In this document: positions 48,576-59,421 of the stretch, in pieces
Position numbering within the stretch: the first letter of the stretch is position 1
Layout: each line of letters begins with the position of its first letter
NCBI GenBank assembly: GCA_963827165.1
Contig: CAWGZR010000010.1
Coordinates: forward strand, 96,001-160,000
Reading direction: 5' to 3'
DNA from: Candidatus Bathyarchaeota archaeon
GTDB taxonomy: Archaea; Thermoproteota; Bathyarchaeia; Bathyarchaeales; Bathycorpusculaceae
Length of the DNA stretch: 64,000 bases
Made by a program: the position numbers and the translations under genes
The notes under the pieces: model-generated
What the model was told of the DNA's origin: nothing
Databases searched by the model: none
Seen by the model: only the letters and a program-made list of their open reading frames with translations

Positions 48576-50135
48576 CTATGAAGCGGATGAGCTCACCATT
48601 GTTTCCAGAATGTTCAAAAGTTTGTCGACTATGCCTTTTAGTGGGCCCAATCCGCTGGCCATCAATCTAAGGTTCTCGATGTCGGGTTTCTTTAATGCCC
48701 GGGTTGCAATCAGGCTTAAGAGAAAAGTAGCTGCGAAAACTATCAACCCAATGATCAACTTAGGCCAGTCACTTAAACTCATGAACGAAACTGCAAAAAA
48801 CGTCGATGACCCCGCCGCCGCTGATGAAACCAGAATCTTCGCCGATGAAACCCAATCCACAGCCGTGCCGTAACGCATCTTGATCCAATAAAGCGAAATC
48901 ATAAGCCCTGGAACCCCGTCAAAAACCAAAGTTACGATCAACCCGATCACTCCGAAGGCTGGAACAAGCGAAACTGCCATAACAATTCCTGCAAACGTGT
49001 TCACAACGGCGAGTTCAAGGTAGAACCGTGTTTGCCCTTGTCCACTAATTAGGTTAAGTGTACTCAATTGGCCAAAAGCGGTTAAAAGGTAATTGAATGC
49101 GAGAAGAGAAAGAAAAAGTGGGGCATCCGCGTATTTTGCTCCGAAAAGGGCGGAAACAAAGGGATTAGCCAGTGCAATTATCGCGACTGTTGGCGGGATC
49201 ACAAGGAGCGAAGAATATTTTATAGAACTTTTGAAAATAATCTGCAGTGTTTCCCTGTCTTTTTCAGCGTTGAGTTTTGAGAAAGCGGGAAAGAGCATTG
49301 TTGTTATGGGCGTGGCAAAAAAAGCAAGGAGAACTGTGAAGTTGTTGGCCACTGCGTAGTTGCCGATAAGGTAGTTTGAGGCGTAAATGGCTATTATGAA
49401 GTTGTAGAATTGGGAGAGGAAGCTGGTGAATATGCTAGAAAAGGACAAAGGTAAACCGTAGCGGAACATGAATTTCATGGTCTGCCAGACACTGGAGGTT
49501 TTCTCCAAAACATGTTTTCCCAGGTTTCTGTAAATCGCCAGCATCAAGATAATTCCTACCAAACCGCCGCCGAGAATACCTGCCGAGTACCCGACAACTG
49601 CTCCTGAAACCCCAAAACCCACAAAGACCAGAACCGGCGCCAGAAGCGAACGAAAAATCGCGCCAACCACAAGGGTTACGCTGTTGGGTCTCATTTGTTC
49701 ACGCCCTGTAAAAGCCGCCTCTGAAGCGTTTAAGAAGGCTCCGGCTAAAATCGTGAAAGATGAAATCTGAATGAGCGCGGTTATGGGTCTTTTGAAAATG
49801 TCGTTTGCGATGAAGCCTGAAAGAGCGAAAGAGACGAAAGAAAGTGATAGGCCCATAATCAACTCAAAGATTAAACCAGCTAAGATGATACTTCGCACAC
49901 GCTCAGGCTTCGCTTCGGCGCTGTATTGTGCGGTGTACTTGATGGTTGCCGAGTCCATACCCCAGTCGCGAAAGGTGCCGATCAAGTTAGGCGCAGCCAA
50001 CGCGATTGTATATAAACCATAATCCTGCGGCTGCAGTGCCCTAGCTAAAATAATTACTCCTGCCGCTGAGATCATAGTGGATGCAACGATACCCCAGAAA
50101 AGTTGAAAACCGCCCCTTGCCGAAACCTTAGCCAT
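48576..50135 (-). CDS. Oligosaccharide flippase (Wzx/PST, MOP superfamily)
   Basis: ILARAL..DYGLY, RDWG, FRYGLPL, IGNY and LFPAFSK; about 14 TMs. Confidence 0.9.
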   Translation of the reverse strand: MAKVSARGGFQLFWGIVASTMISAAGVIILARALQPQDYGLYTIALAAPNLIGTFRDWGMDSATIKYTAQYSAEAKPERVRSIILAGLIFELIMGLSLSFVSFALSGFIANDIFKRPITALIQISSFTILAGAFLNASEAAFTGREQMRPNSVTLVVGAIFRSLLAPVLVFVGFGVSGAVVGYSAGILGGGLVGIILMLAIYRNLGKHVLEKTSSVWQTMKFMFRYGLPLSFSSIFTSFLSQFYNFIIAIYASNYLIGNYAVANNFTVLLAFFATPITTMLFPAFSKLNAEKDRETLQIIFKSSIKYSSLLVIPPTVAIIALANPFVSALFGAKYADAPLFLSLLAFNYLLTAFGQLSTLNLISGQGQTRFYLELAVVNTFAGIVMAVSLVPAFGVIGLIVTLVFDGVPGLMISLYWIKMRYGTAVDWVSSAKILVSSAAAGSSTFFAVSFMSLSDWPKLIIGLIVFAATFLLSLIATRALKKPDIENLRLMASGLGPLKGIVDKLLNILETMVSSSAS

Positions 50136-50301
50136 CTCAGCAGCTTTGTCAGCCAGGCTCTACCAACCCCAACCAAGCAGCTTAGCCACGAACGTTTGCA
50201 CTTGAAAGTCACTTGACAAAATAAACCATAATCTCCTACTTAATCCGTTTTTCCCAAAACCAACCCAAATCTAAAAACCGCCACTTAAGCCTACATCGCA
50301 T

Positions 50302-50781
50302 TTACAGCAGCTTGTTTGACTGAGCCGTTTGTTCTGCTTTTTGCTTCAACGCTACGTTCATTTCTTCGAATCCTCTTATTGTGCCGCCTAGAAGGCTTCG
50401 GGTAAAGGGTACAAGTAAACCCGTGAATTTTTCACGTTGAATAAATTTTACATATTTGCCGCGTGAGGGCTCAATTATTAGGGAGTGTTCGCCGTCGAAC
50501 AGCCAAGGAAGATAAAGTCTTCCAAGCCAGCGCAGTTCACGGTTAGCCTCGACTTTCTGCAAAACAGGCTTGAAAGTTATGCCTCTGCCTCCCGGAGGCT
50601 GGATGAAAATTTTCAGTTTTGAGCCTACCTTGATTTCTCCAGTCACCATCCTGATGAAAGGATTCCAATTTGGGTAACTCGGAAAATCCGTGATTATCGC
50701 CCAAACACTTTCGGGGGAAGAATTAATCAGAATTTCGCTAGAAAGTTGTTTACGAAAAACCAGAAAGAACACCTGTTTCAA
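50302..50781 (-). CDS. SRPBCC (polyketide cyclase-like) protein
   Basis: VW..ITDF.SYP.WNPFI, ELRW.G, FDGEH and MN.ALK..AE; start uncertain. Confidence 0.85.
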   Translation of the reverse strand: MKQVFFLVFRKQLSSEILINSSPESVWAIITDFPSYPNWNPFIRMVTGEIKVGSKLKIFIQPPGGRGITFKPVLQKVEANRELRWLGRLYLPWLFDGEHSLIIEPSRGKYVKFIQREKFTGLLVPFTRSLLGGTIRGFEEMNVALKQKAEQTAQSNKLL

Positions 50782-51005
50782 GAAAGATTTTTCCCGATAT
50801 TAACCTTATTGCGTTCCGGCTTGCCGTTGGTTGTTTACGCCGTTTTTGTGTTTGTACCCTTTTTCTCGTTAAGGGGCTAAAGCTTCTATGGAAATCAGTT
50901 ATACATGCATTTTTGAGGTATCAGAAGCACCCCTTTGACCTGCCGATCTGAAGCATCAAGGTGAAACGGTAATGCTTTTACGTCGAATTTGTGCATTATA
51001 GCGCT

Positions 51006-51680
51006 ATGAGCCACGCCACCAGGAAAGCTCCGCCAAAAAAGAGTAAGCAAACTCGAACGTGGATTGCCGCCGTTTCAGTCGTGCTAATTATTGTAACGGT
51101 GATTGCCACGGTGCATTTTTGGCCTACAGCCGACTACAAGACTTCCGTAATTAGTCAAGCGAACCCCGCGAACGCAAGCCCAGCTTTTACAGCTTTCACA
51201 AGTCGCTACATCGAAGTAATGAAAAATTTGAATTCGAGCGAGACAAAAGCCAAAATGCTCGCGTTGCTCAATCCAAGCGACAACCAAACTCAACTTTTCA
51301 GTTGGGAAGGCAGCAAGATGAAGTTTACGAGTGACCCAGCAGGCGCCTTTGAGGATCCATTTCAAATCCTGAATGACGGGGAAGGCATCTGTGTGCAATG
51401 GAGCATTGTCTATGTTTCAGCTTGTTTAGCACTTGGGGACCAGAGCAGGCTCGTCGTGGCTGTTGACACACAAAGTTGGGGCTACATACACGTTTGGGCT
51501 GAAGACTACTACAACGGGGAATGGGTTCACGTAGATCCCTCAGATAAAGTTTGGGACAACCCACATAGATACCTTAGCTGGGATTGGGGACCCTACATCG
51601 GATCAACAGTTAAGGTCTACGCGTTTGAAGATAACCGATACCAAGACGTAACATCCAACTACGCCGCCAACTCCAGCTAA
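51006..51680 (+). CDS. Membrane-anchored transglutaminase-like protein
   Basis: Cys-His-Asp triad in GICVQW, HVWAE and HVDPS; N-terminal TM. Confidence 0.85.
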   Translation: MSHATRKAPPKKSKQTRTWIAAVSVVLIIVTVIATVHFWPTADYKTSVISQANPANASPAFTAFTSRYIEVMKNLNSSETKAKMLALLNPSDNQTQLFSWEGSKMKFTSDPAGAFEDPFQILNDGEGICVQWSIVYVSACLALGDQSRLVVAVDTQSWGYIHVWAEDYYNGEWVHVDPSDKVWDNPHRYLSWDWGPYIGSTVKVYAFEDNRYQDVTSNYAANSS

Positions 51681-51801
51681 AAGATTCGGAACAGCGCTCA
51701 AGACACTTATTATGCCTTTGGCGATGCGGCAATTTCTTAAATAATCGAGCAACCAAGAATAAGTGAGAAATAGTTGTACCCAACATAAATGGAACTACAA
51801 G

Positions 51802-52813
51802 ATGCTAACCATAACTGAACTCAGGAAAAACGAGAGTGGACAATGGCGCTCCGATAGTTTGGAGACTTTGCCCGCCAAAATTGCCGAAGGCTCAATTTTG
51901 TGGGTTGACGCTGAAGATCCATCAGAGGCAGAAACATCCCAACTAATAAGCCGTTTTGAGTTGGTTAACTTCAACTTGAAGGAATTTGAAGAGCCAGGGC
52001 GACGCTCAAAAGTTGAAGAAGTTGAGAATCGTGTTTCCTGCTTTGTGAGTTATCCCAGCAGCGAACAGTTTATTCCCGACGCAAAATCGAAATGGATCGC
52101 CTTAACAGTTAGTGACCGATGGATGGTTTCCGTTCACAAGGGTCACTCGGAAATCACATGTGAAATCTACAAGAAAATCAGCACTCACGGCTATTTCGCC
52201 CTTTCACTTGAACCATCCACCGACATTCTGCTATACATCTTTTTAGATTTGATCCTTAACGAGTTCTTTCTCGTTTCTGACTTAGCGCACGAACAACTTC
52301 AGCGTTTAAGTCAAGAAGCTGCAAGCCGCTTCAGACAACAAAGACCAAACGACTCAAGCAGACGACTTGGACTTAGACATAGCCAAATCCAGAGAGCAAG
52401 TCATAGCTCTAAGGCAGGCGATAGGGCCCTTCCGCGAAGTTGTTGGAAGAACCGCAAGAGGCGAATTCGCCATAGTTTCAAACGCCACGCTGACCCGTTT
52501 TGAAGACCTCTACGACAGAACAATCTCGCTTATGGAAGTCGTGGACACTCACCGAGAAGAAATCCAAGACATCGTCGACCTCATCATCAACGCCCAAACA
52601 TTAACAACCAACAACATCATCAGGGTACTCACCATAATTTCAGCCATTTTCCTGCCGCTCACACTGATAGCGGGGATTTATGGGACAAACTTCGGACGCG
52701 GGTTCTCAGTGCCGGGCTCAAATTTCACCTACGGATTTTACGTCATGATTGCAGTGATGATCGGCGTTGCAGTGGTACTTATTTCGGTTTTCCGAAGAAA
52801 GGGCTGGATTTGA
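51802..52813 (+). CDS. corA: CorA-family divalent cation transporter, apparent +1 frameshift near 52373
   Basis: LWVDAEDPS N-terminal domain in one frame; LTIISAIFLPLTLIAGIYGTNF and RRKGWI in the next frame. Confidence 0.85.
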
Positions 52814-53083
52814 GAAAACATATTTTCGGAAAAGGACGTTTTTGGAGCATATCTTTGGGTTTCCGCTCTTATTTTCTTCTTGGCGAGCGTCAAACCTTTT
52901 ACCGTGCGTTGTCTTGCTTGCATACCTTTCAATGGGTTAGTTTTAAATATTGAGCGACGCAATATTTCTAAAACTATGTTGCATAAAATGCAGGGTAGGA
53001 ACACGGATAGTTTAGCGCAACAATTTGCTTTTACGATATTCTCGCAGAAAGTTACCTTAACAGCTTGCGGAGGATCGAGTTAA

Positions 53084-54569
53084 TTGACTGATGCAGTGGC
53101 TAAAACGCCGACTCAAGACGAATTAGACGGCGCAAAAATAATTGCACGTCAAGACCGGATCCCGATTTGGTCTCTTTCTTACCTGTTCTTAGGCATTTTG
53201 GGAATAGGTTACATCTTCATATTTTTCGATATTTTCAACATCAATGTATCTTTTATTCAGACGGCGCTCACACTTGGTTGGGCGACTTCACCCACATCTT
53301 CAACGATAACGAGCCTGGAAGGATTCGTCGTCCTTTTGAACCTGATCGGCTATGTTATTGGTGCTTTGGCGCTTAGCCCATTCTCCGATAGGTTCGGAAG
53401 AAGAGAAATGCTAATAGTGACTCTCCTAATAACGGGAATCGGCTCCATTCTCAACGCGCTCGTCACAAATTATTGGGAATTTGCCGCTGCAAGGTTCATT
53501 ACAGGCATCGGCGTAGGCGCAGACCTCGCCATCGTTAACTCTTATGTTAATGAAGTAGCGCCTAAAAACGGCAGAGCGAAATACACGTCATTCTTATTCG
53601 TTCTTGCAGGAATCGGAACCGTTTTAGCCGTATGGATTGGTCTCGTTTTGACCACGCCAGCCACTTCGTTCCCCAACGGTCTTCCATTTGCGCTTGCAAA
53701 CGCTGGAACATTTTTGGCCACAAACGGATGGCGAGTAATGTACGCAATTGGCGGCCTCCTTGCACTCATAGGCGTATTGCTAAGATTTGGGTTGCCTGAA
53801 TCGACTCGTTGGCTCATAACGCATGGTCGCCCCAAAGAAGCCGATAGAATTGTTACGGAAATGGAAACCCGCGCCTTGGAGTCTATGGAAGAACTTCCGC
53901 CCCTGCCCGAGTCACTTCCAATCATACAGAAGCCGCAGCCCGTTCCATACAGAGAAATATTCACAAACAAACTCTACAGAAACAGAACCATCCTTCTGTT
54001 CTTCGTTTGGTTCTTCGGCTACATGACTGTCTACATCAACGCCGCTGGATTGTCAACAATTCTTGCGGGGGCAGGATTCGCTTTTCCAGAAAACGGAATA
54101 GTCGTTGCTTTAGGTATCTTCGGATTCGTCGTTGCAGGCGTAATGGCCTTCTTCTTGGGAGACAAAATGGAGAGGAAACTTTGGCTGCCCATCTCCGCGG
54201 CCATCACGTTAGTGGGCGGTATACTCAGTAGCTTTCGGCATCAGCAATTTAGGTCTTGCAGCAGTAGGCGCATTACTCATTTTCATAGGCATGGACTTCT
54301 TTGTTCCCATAACCTACACTTGGGTCACGGAGAGCTATCCAACGCGCGCAAGGGCCACTGGATTCGCAATGGCGGATGGACTGGGACACTTAGGCGGCGG
54401 CATAGGACTGATAATCGTCGGAGCACTTCTATCAATAATGAAATCGGGCTCAGTCGCATCAATACTTGTACTCTTCATCATAATCGCTATGTTCCAGGTT
54501 ATATCTGCAGTTATCGCTCAGTTTGGACCGAAAACCGCAAACAAAAGGCTAGATGAAGTTTCACCATAG
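53084..54569 (+). CDS. MFS transporter (sugar/organic acid porter-like), apparent +1 frameshift near 54226
   Basis: SDRFGRR, EVAP..R, LPESTRWL and GDKMERK; the next frame continues ESYPTRARATG...PKTANKRLDEVS. Confidence 0.88.
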
Positions 54570-54605
54570 CCAACGAAAGCCCCACACTATTTTTCTTTCT
54601 TTTTT

Positions 54606-55301
54606 TCAATTAAGCTTGAAGTAGATACGCCTGTTACTCTTGCCCTTGTTTTCTGTTTTCAAAAGCTGAACTTGTCCAACTTCACGCAGATTCTTAACAT
54701 GTGTGCCGCCGTCTGCCTGTTTGTCGACGCCAACGATTTCCACGATTCGCAAGGAAGGCAAATCTGGTGGGAACGCACAAGCCATTTTGACTACGCCAGG
54801 AATTTTCATGGCTTCTGCCCATGGCAGCTCATATCATTTCACGGGCACATCGGTGCCAAAAAGCTTATTCGCCTTCTCCAAATAGGCCTCCAAGATTTCG
54901 CGGTCGAATTTTTCCAAGTTAAAGTCAAATCGAATGTGGTCTACTTCGAGCTGGTTACCCGTGATAAGCGCCCCTGTTCCCTGGTTAAGCAGAGAAGCAG
55001 CAACGTGAGCGGCGGTGTGACTGCGCATAAGCTTGTATCTTCTCTCCCAATTTAAAACCAAATGAACAATGTCGCCTGCTTCAAGACCAGCCTGGTCAAC
55101 CTCATGAGAAATCGCGCCAGAAAACTTGCCAACGTAGACCACACCAAAATCTTTGCCGTCCCTGACGATTTTTCCAGTGTCAAATGGTTGTCCGCCGCCG
55201 TTCGGGTAGAAGATTGTTTGGTCTAAGACCACGTATTTGCCGTCTTTAACTGAAACGACGTTTGCATCGGCTTCTTTGAGGTAGCTGTCAACCAGGTACA
55301 C
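54606..55301 (-). pseudogene. alaX: Free-standing AlaX (AlaXp) tRNA-editing protein with an in-frame TGA
   Basis: YLVDSY, FYPNGGGQP.D, MRSHTAAH and QADGGTHV. The two ORFs are in one frame: DVPVK*YELP (TGA 54834-54836). Confidence 0.82.
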
Positions 55302-55361
55302 GCTTAAGTCACAGGAGCACCCTAACTTACTTCTTGCCGAACCCTACTTAAGAGCTGTTTC

Positions 55362-55391
55362 AAGACGACCGACTTCGAGTCAGGTCGTCTT
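55362..55391. other. Strong hairpin in the SRPBCC-alaX intergenic region
   Basis: AAGACGACC-GACT-TCG-AGTC-A-GGTCGTCTT, followed on the + strand by a T-rich run. Confidence 0.6.
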
Positions 55392-55451
55392 CCGTTTCTT
55401 TTTCTTTTCAGCGTGCCGAATCCCTTTAATGGAGAAAAATTGCTGTTCTTT

Positions 55452-55877
55452 TCAGGTTTTTTCTTTAACCTGAGGCTTCTTACTAAAATATTCCTTCAGC
55501 GGATCCCAGTACCACTCTACCCAGCCCTCTGCAGCGTCGTCTGCTATCTCTTCGGGAAACTCTGAGTGCACCATAACAAGCTCCGTTCCCTCAGACGCCT
55601 TATTGAAACACAACTCCAGCCTTGAAGGGCCATAGCCTTCTGGAAAATCCGTCGATGTCCATTCTTGAACCACGCGTTTCCCATCCTCAAGCTCGAGATA
55701 TTTCCCAAAAATGTATCCGTCCCAAGCTGTAAATTTGCCGCCCACGACCGCTTTCCCCGTGGCTTTGGCTGCGGTAAATTTGCTTTGTTTCTTTGGGTCA
55801 ACATAGGCGTCGTAAACGTCTTTGGGAGAAGCTGGAATAACGACTTTTTGCTTTATGGTTCTAACTTTTGCTTTCAT
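55452..55877 (-). CDS. SRPBCC/AHSA1-like protein
   Basis: ASPKDVYDA, VGGKF.AWDG.I.G, VVQEW and GW..WYW.PLK.Y. Confidence 0.87.
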   Translation of the reverse strand: MKAKVRTIKQKVVIPASPKDVYDAYVDPKKQSKFTAAKATGKAVVGGKFTAWDGYIFGKYLELEDGKRVVQEWTSTDFPEGYGPSRLELCFNKASEGTELVMVHSEFPEEIADDAAEGWVEWYWDPLKEYFSKKPQVKEKT

Positions 55878-55948
55878 AAAAAACGTCACTAATAAAACTA
55901 GTGTGGGAAGGTTTTTTAACTTTTTCGCTTAGTTAGCATTGACCGAAA

Positions 55949-56170
55949 ATGGGAAGATGCACGGTAACAAAGGGTCAACGTAGAATTGGCAGAACAATTC
56001 GGAAACTTGAGGGGAGCGTTGAGCTTAGCTCTAAAGAAAGCAATGCCAAAATAGCAGAGAAAACCTACAAGCAGAAAACCCAGGCAACCCAAGGCTACCC
56101 GGAAAATTCGCCAGTACAGAATTTGCGTGACCCCGCTAAATGGAAAAAAGCGGACAGCAAGCAGCCCTAA
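55949..56170 (+). CDS. Small basic hypothetical protein
   Basis: ATG-started 73-aa ORF in a gap; no recognised motif. Confidence 0.35.
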   Translation: MGRCTVTKGQRRIGRTIRKLEGSVELSSKESNAKIAEKTYKQKTQATQGYPENSPVQNLRDPAKWKKADSKQP

Positions 56171-56534
56171 AAAAAGAAAGTTTGCCAAGAAGAACGAATT
56201 GTTCAGCGAACCAAACGTTCAACAAGTGGTAGACAAGATTTGGGAATCCTGTGGGGATTTACGTATGGGCGGGCTCGTTGAACGCCGATTCGCTGAACAC
56301 CTTTTTCTAATCGGCTTTGCGCTGTTCTCGGCAAATGAAATAATCCTTTTTTACGCTCTTAATAGTTTCACAAATAATCTATAGAAACTCAATAGCTGGG
56401 TGTCTTTAAGTTCTTTAAGATGTAAGCATCTAGTTTTAATGTGGTTTTATGTCTGCTTCTTTAGATATTGAGGGTAACTGGAACTTTAGGGTTTTTGACA
56501 AACGTTAATTGTTGTAAAAACCAAGAGTGAAAGA

Positions 56535-56807
56535 GTGCGAAAAATCGCTGCTTTAGACGTTTTGACTAATCTGATGTTTGCGATTGAAGTGCCGCAAATG
56601 GTTTCGATGGATGAGCTCAGCGTTGAGAAGGAGTATTTGGCGAACCTCAGGGTTTATACTTCAAAAGATCTTGGAGACGTTGAGGGGGACTTCCTGAACT
56701 TCTTTGAAGCTATAGACGTTGAGCAAAACATTGAAGATTTCATCAAAGCTTATTGGGTTTATCCAAGCAAGATCCGATTTGAACTAATCGACCTTGAAGA
56801 ACCCTAA
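56535..56807 (+). CDS. Small acidic hypothetical protein
   Basis: Protein-like composition; converges on ftsY with a 4-bp overlap. Confidence 0.6.
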   Translation: MRKIAALDVLTNLMFAIEVPQMVSMDELSVEKEYLANLRVYTSKDLGDVEGDFLNFFEAIDVEQNIEDFIKAYWVYPSKIRFELIDLEEP

Positions 56808-57709
56808 CGCAGAACCATGTTTACGAATTTTTCGGGGTTAAACAGCTCTAGGTCCTTGTACGTTTGGCCAACACCGATGAAAAGAATGGGTTTCTGAGTC
56901 ACGTATGTCACGCTAAGAGCTGAGCCGCCTTTCACGTCAGCGTCAACCTTCGTTAAGATTGTTGCGTCAATGGCGACGGCTTTGTTGAATTCTTCTGCCT
57001 GCATGACCGCGTCGTTGCCGATCAGCGAATCCACAGTTAAAATAGTCAAGTCGGGTTCAACAACACGTTTCACTTTAATTAGCTCATTCATTAGGTTCTG
57101 GTTAGTCTGCATTCTGCCTGCCGTGTCGATTAAGACAATGTTGGTTCCGTGAGCCTTCGCGTAGCTAACTGTGTCGTAGGCGACTGCCGCTGGGTCGCCG
57201 CCATAATTGCTTTTTATGATACGTAAGCCCAGGCGTTTGGCGTGCTCCTCAAGCTGTTCGATTGAGCCAGCGCGGTAAGTGTCAGCGCCCGCAAGCACTA
57301 CCGAATAACGCTTATCATTGAAAAACTGCGCAACTTTGGCCACCGTCGTGGTTTTGCCAGTGCCGTTGATGCCGACAAACATCAAAATAAACGGTTCACC
57401 CTTCTTTCGCTTCTCGTCAGCCAACTTTAGCAAGTCGACCCGAACGTTGGTCATCATGACTTCCAAAAGGACCTGTCTGAGGTTTTCCTCAACGATTTTT
57501 TTCTTGTCATCCAATCGTTTAACTTGGACTCCGACGAGGCGTTTTTCGAGGTCTTCGCTGATTTTGTCAGCTACTGGAAAAGCAACGTCGTTTTGAACGA
57601 GACTCATCTTAAATTCTGATAATATGGGAGCTAGATTCTCGGGCTTAAACTCGGCTGTGGTGACCTTATTTATTAAGCCTTTAAAACCCGACTTTAGCTT
57701 CTCAAACAT
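56804..57709 (-). CDS. ftsY: SRP receptor FtsY
   Basis: GINGTGKTTT, DTYRAG, DTAGR, TKVDAD.KGG and GVGQ.Y.DL. Confidence 0.97.
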   Translation of the reverse strand: MFEKLKSGFKGLINKVTTAEFKPENLAPILSEFKMSLVQNDVAFPVADKISEDLEKRLVGVQVKRLDDKKKIVEENLRQVLLEVMMTNVRVDLLKLADEKRKKGEPFILMFVGINGTGKTTTVAKVAQFFNDKRYSVVLAGADTYRAGSIEQLEEHAKRLGLRIIKSNYGGDPAAVAYDTVSYAKAHGTNIVLIDTAGRMQTNQNLMNELIKVKRVVEPDLTILTVDSLIGNDAVMQAEEFNKAVAIDATILTKVDADVKGGSALSVTYVTQKPILFIGVGQTYKDLELFNPEKFVNMVLR

Positions 57710-57713
57710 CGCT

Positions 57714-58154
57714 TCAAGGCTTCCCTTCTCTGCTAGAGGAAAGCAAAGTTTCAAGCCTGCTTCTGCCCGAGTTTATTCGCTCAGCCACTTGACTGAACTG
57801 CTGCTGAGCTGCATTCATGGTTTTTTCCAACTCATCTAACCGTTCTTTAAGGGTTGCTTTTGCCTCAGCCAACGGTTTCTCAACAGAAACCCCAGCGCCC
57901 ATCCCAACGATAACTGTGTTTGTGTCGGCAAGCTTCGCTTTGACGTATGCGCTGCCGCCTATAGGGACAAGAAGTTCAGTGTTTTCTTTTTCTTTTTCTA
58001 TCCCGTCCAACGTCATGTTTGCATAGGTTAAGTCTGAGATAGCGGCGTTGACCATGCTGATGCGTTGCTGCAGAGTTTCAGCAGTCTGCTCAAGATACCG
58101 CATCTCTACGCTTAGGCGTCTTAGCTCCTCTTCAGATTTATTGGGTTGCGACAA
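57714..58154 (-). CDS. pfdA: Prefoldin alpha subunit
   Basis: Coiled coils flanking LLVPIGG and VIVGMGAGVSVEK; conserved gene context. Confidence 0.95.
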   Translation of the reverse strand: MSQPNKSEEELRRLSVEMRYLEQTAETLQQRISMVNAAISDLTYANMTLDGIEKEKENTELLVPIGGSAYVKAKLADTNTVIVGMGAGVSVEKPLAEAKATLKERLDELEKTMNAAQQQFSQVAERINSGRSRLETLLSSSREGKP

Positions 58155-58167
58155 GGGTTAACTCTCC

Positions 58168-58395
58168 TTATTGCTCCGCAACTATTTTCTTCAGTATTGG
58201 ATTTTCAATTTGGTCCGCAGAAATTTCTTTTACTTCGGTTATTTTGATGTGGCATCTCTTCACGCGGTGCCTGCTTCCTATTTCAGCGTAAACCTTCTCG
58301 ACCGCATGCTCACTTTTGTCAGCTAACAATTCTCTAGCAAACGGCGTTTTTAACCGCGGCTTGTTGATTTTGCCGGTAACTCTGAAAGCTTTCAT
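58168..58395 (-). CDS. rpl18a: 50S ribosomal protein L18Ae (LX)
   Basis: FRVTG and EKVYAEIGSRHRVKR..IKI; conserved gene context. Confidence 0.93.
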   Translation of the reverse strand: MKAFRVTGKINKPRLKTPFARELLADKSEHAVEKVYAEIGSRHRVKRCHIKITEVKEISADQIENPILKKIVAEQ

Positions 58396-58572
58396 TTTTC
58401 ATCTTTCCGCACAACAACCACTGCGTTCCCAATAATAAACATATTCACCAAAAAATGGAAGGACTAAGTCGCTTAGATTTCAACCAGCTTTAAAAATGGT
58501 CAACTAAGTCGTTTGCAATAAGCCAAAGAATGTTCAAGAATTAGTGGTGATGGGATTGACAACACTGCGATT

Positions 58573-59241
58573 TTATAAGGTGCCTAAAGCATGCTCAATT
58601 ATGAACATTTCAGGTCCAGTCGTCATGGAACCAGCCACGGAAGCCTGCGAGTTAGCAATCAACCCTGTACCAACATAGGGGACACCGCAGTTGACCGTAC
58701 CGACGTCGACCGGAACTTTGAAAACTTCTTCCAAAATCTTTCTTTCTTCATCCTTAAGCAACGGATGAGCCAACAATCCTTTGTTGGTTGCCACAGCAAG
58801 TGAGCCGACATAGGGCAGTCCAGCTATTTCGGTAGGAACAACTTCGACGCCGAGGGCTTCACTAATTTGCTTGATCTCAGTTGGCTTCAAACGAGGGTCA
58901 ACTACTGCGCCGTTGTCATTCACAAGAACCAGGTTGCCATAAGCAGTCTTTTTCGTTTCCATGATTGTAAGGTTTCCCTCATAGACTGATTTAATCTGTT
59001 TTAGTTCTTCTTCCCGAACGTAGTTTGGAAGCAGCATCCCATTGGAGTTTGCACATGCCAACGCTCCGCAGAGAACTGAGCCGCCGATAGAGGTATAGAT
59101 GAGCTTGTTTTTCAACCAGTCAGCAATTTCCTGGGCTTTTTCCAGAGGAACCATCCGTGGAATCATAACTACCTTTTCTGTTGCCAAGGTGTAAACGCCT
59201 ATGCTTGCGCTTCCAACTATGCTGGACAAGTAAACAGTCAA
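58573..59241 (-). CDS. eif6: Translation initiation factor 6 (aIF-6)
   Basis: IGVY, ANSNG, GN..LVND.GA, GTVN.G and TTGPE. Confidence 0.95.
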   Translation of the reverse strand: MTVYLSSIVGSASIGVYTLATEKVVMIPRMVPLEKAQEIADWLKNKLIYTSIGGSVLCGALACANSNGMLLPNYVREEELKQIKSVYEGNLTIMETKKTAYGNLVLVNDNGAVVDPRLKPTEIKQISEALGVEVVPTEIAGLPYVGSLAVATNKGLLAHPLLKDEERKILEEVFKVPVDVGTVNCGVPYVGTGLIANSQASVAGSMTTGPEMFIIEHALGTL

Positions 59242-59421
59242 GAACTAATTTCTCCTACAAGACTCACAGTCTCGAAGTTTCATGCGAACTCCCTATTTTA
59301 GATTGCGGTGCACACAAAGTTTTCTTTGCTGTCTTGGTCTGGTTCTCCATTGATGAGCATGGTTAGCATCCAAAAATTCAAAAAAAATTTGCCAAAAAAT
59401 GGCAAAAAGAATGTGAAAAGT

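Noticed and set aside
52330-52400. Programmed ribosomal frameshifting in corA, the MFS gene or the ABC permease
   Set aside because: No slippery heptamer or stimulatory structure was seen; the shared CTAG context points to indel errors.
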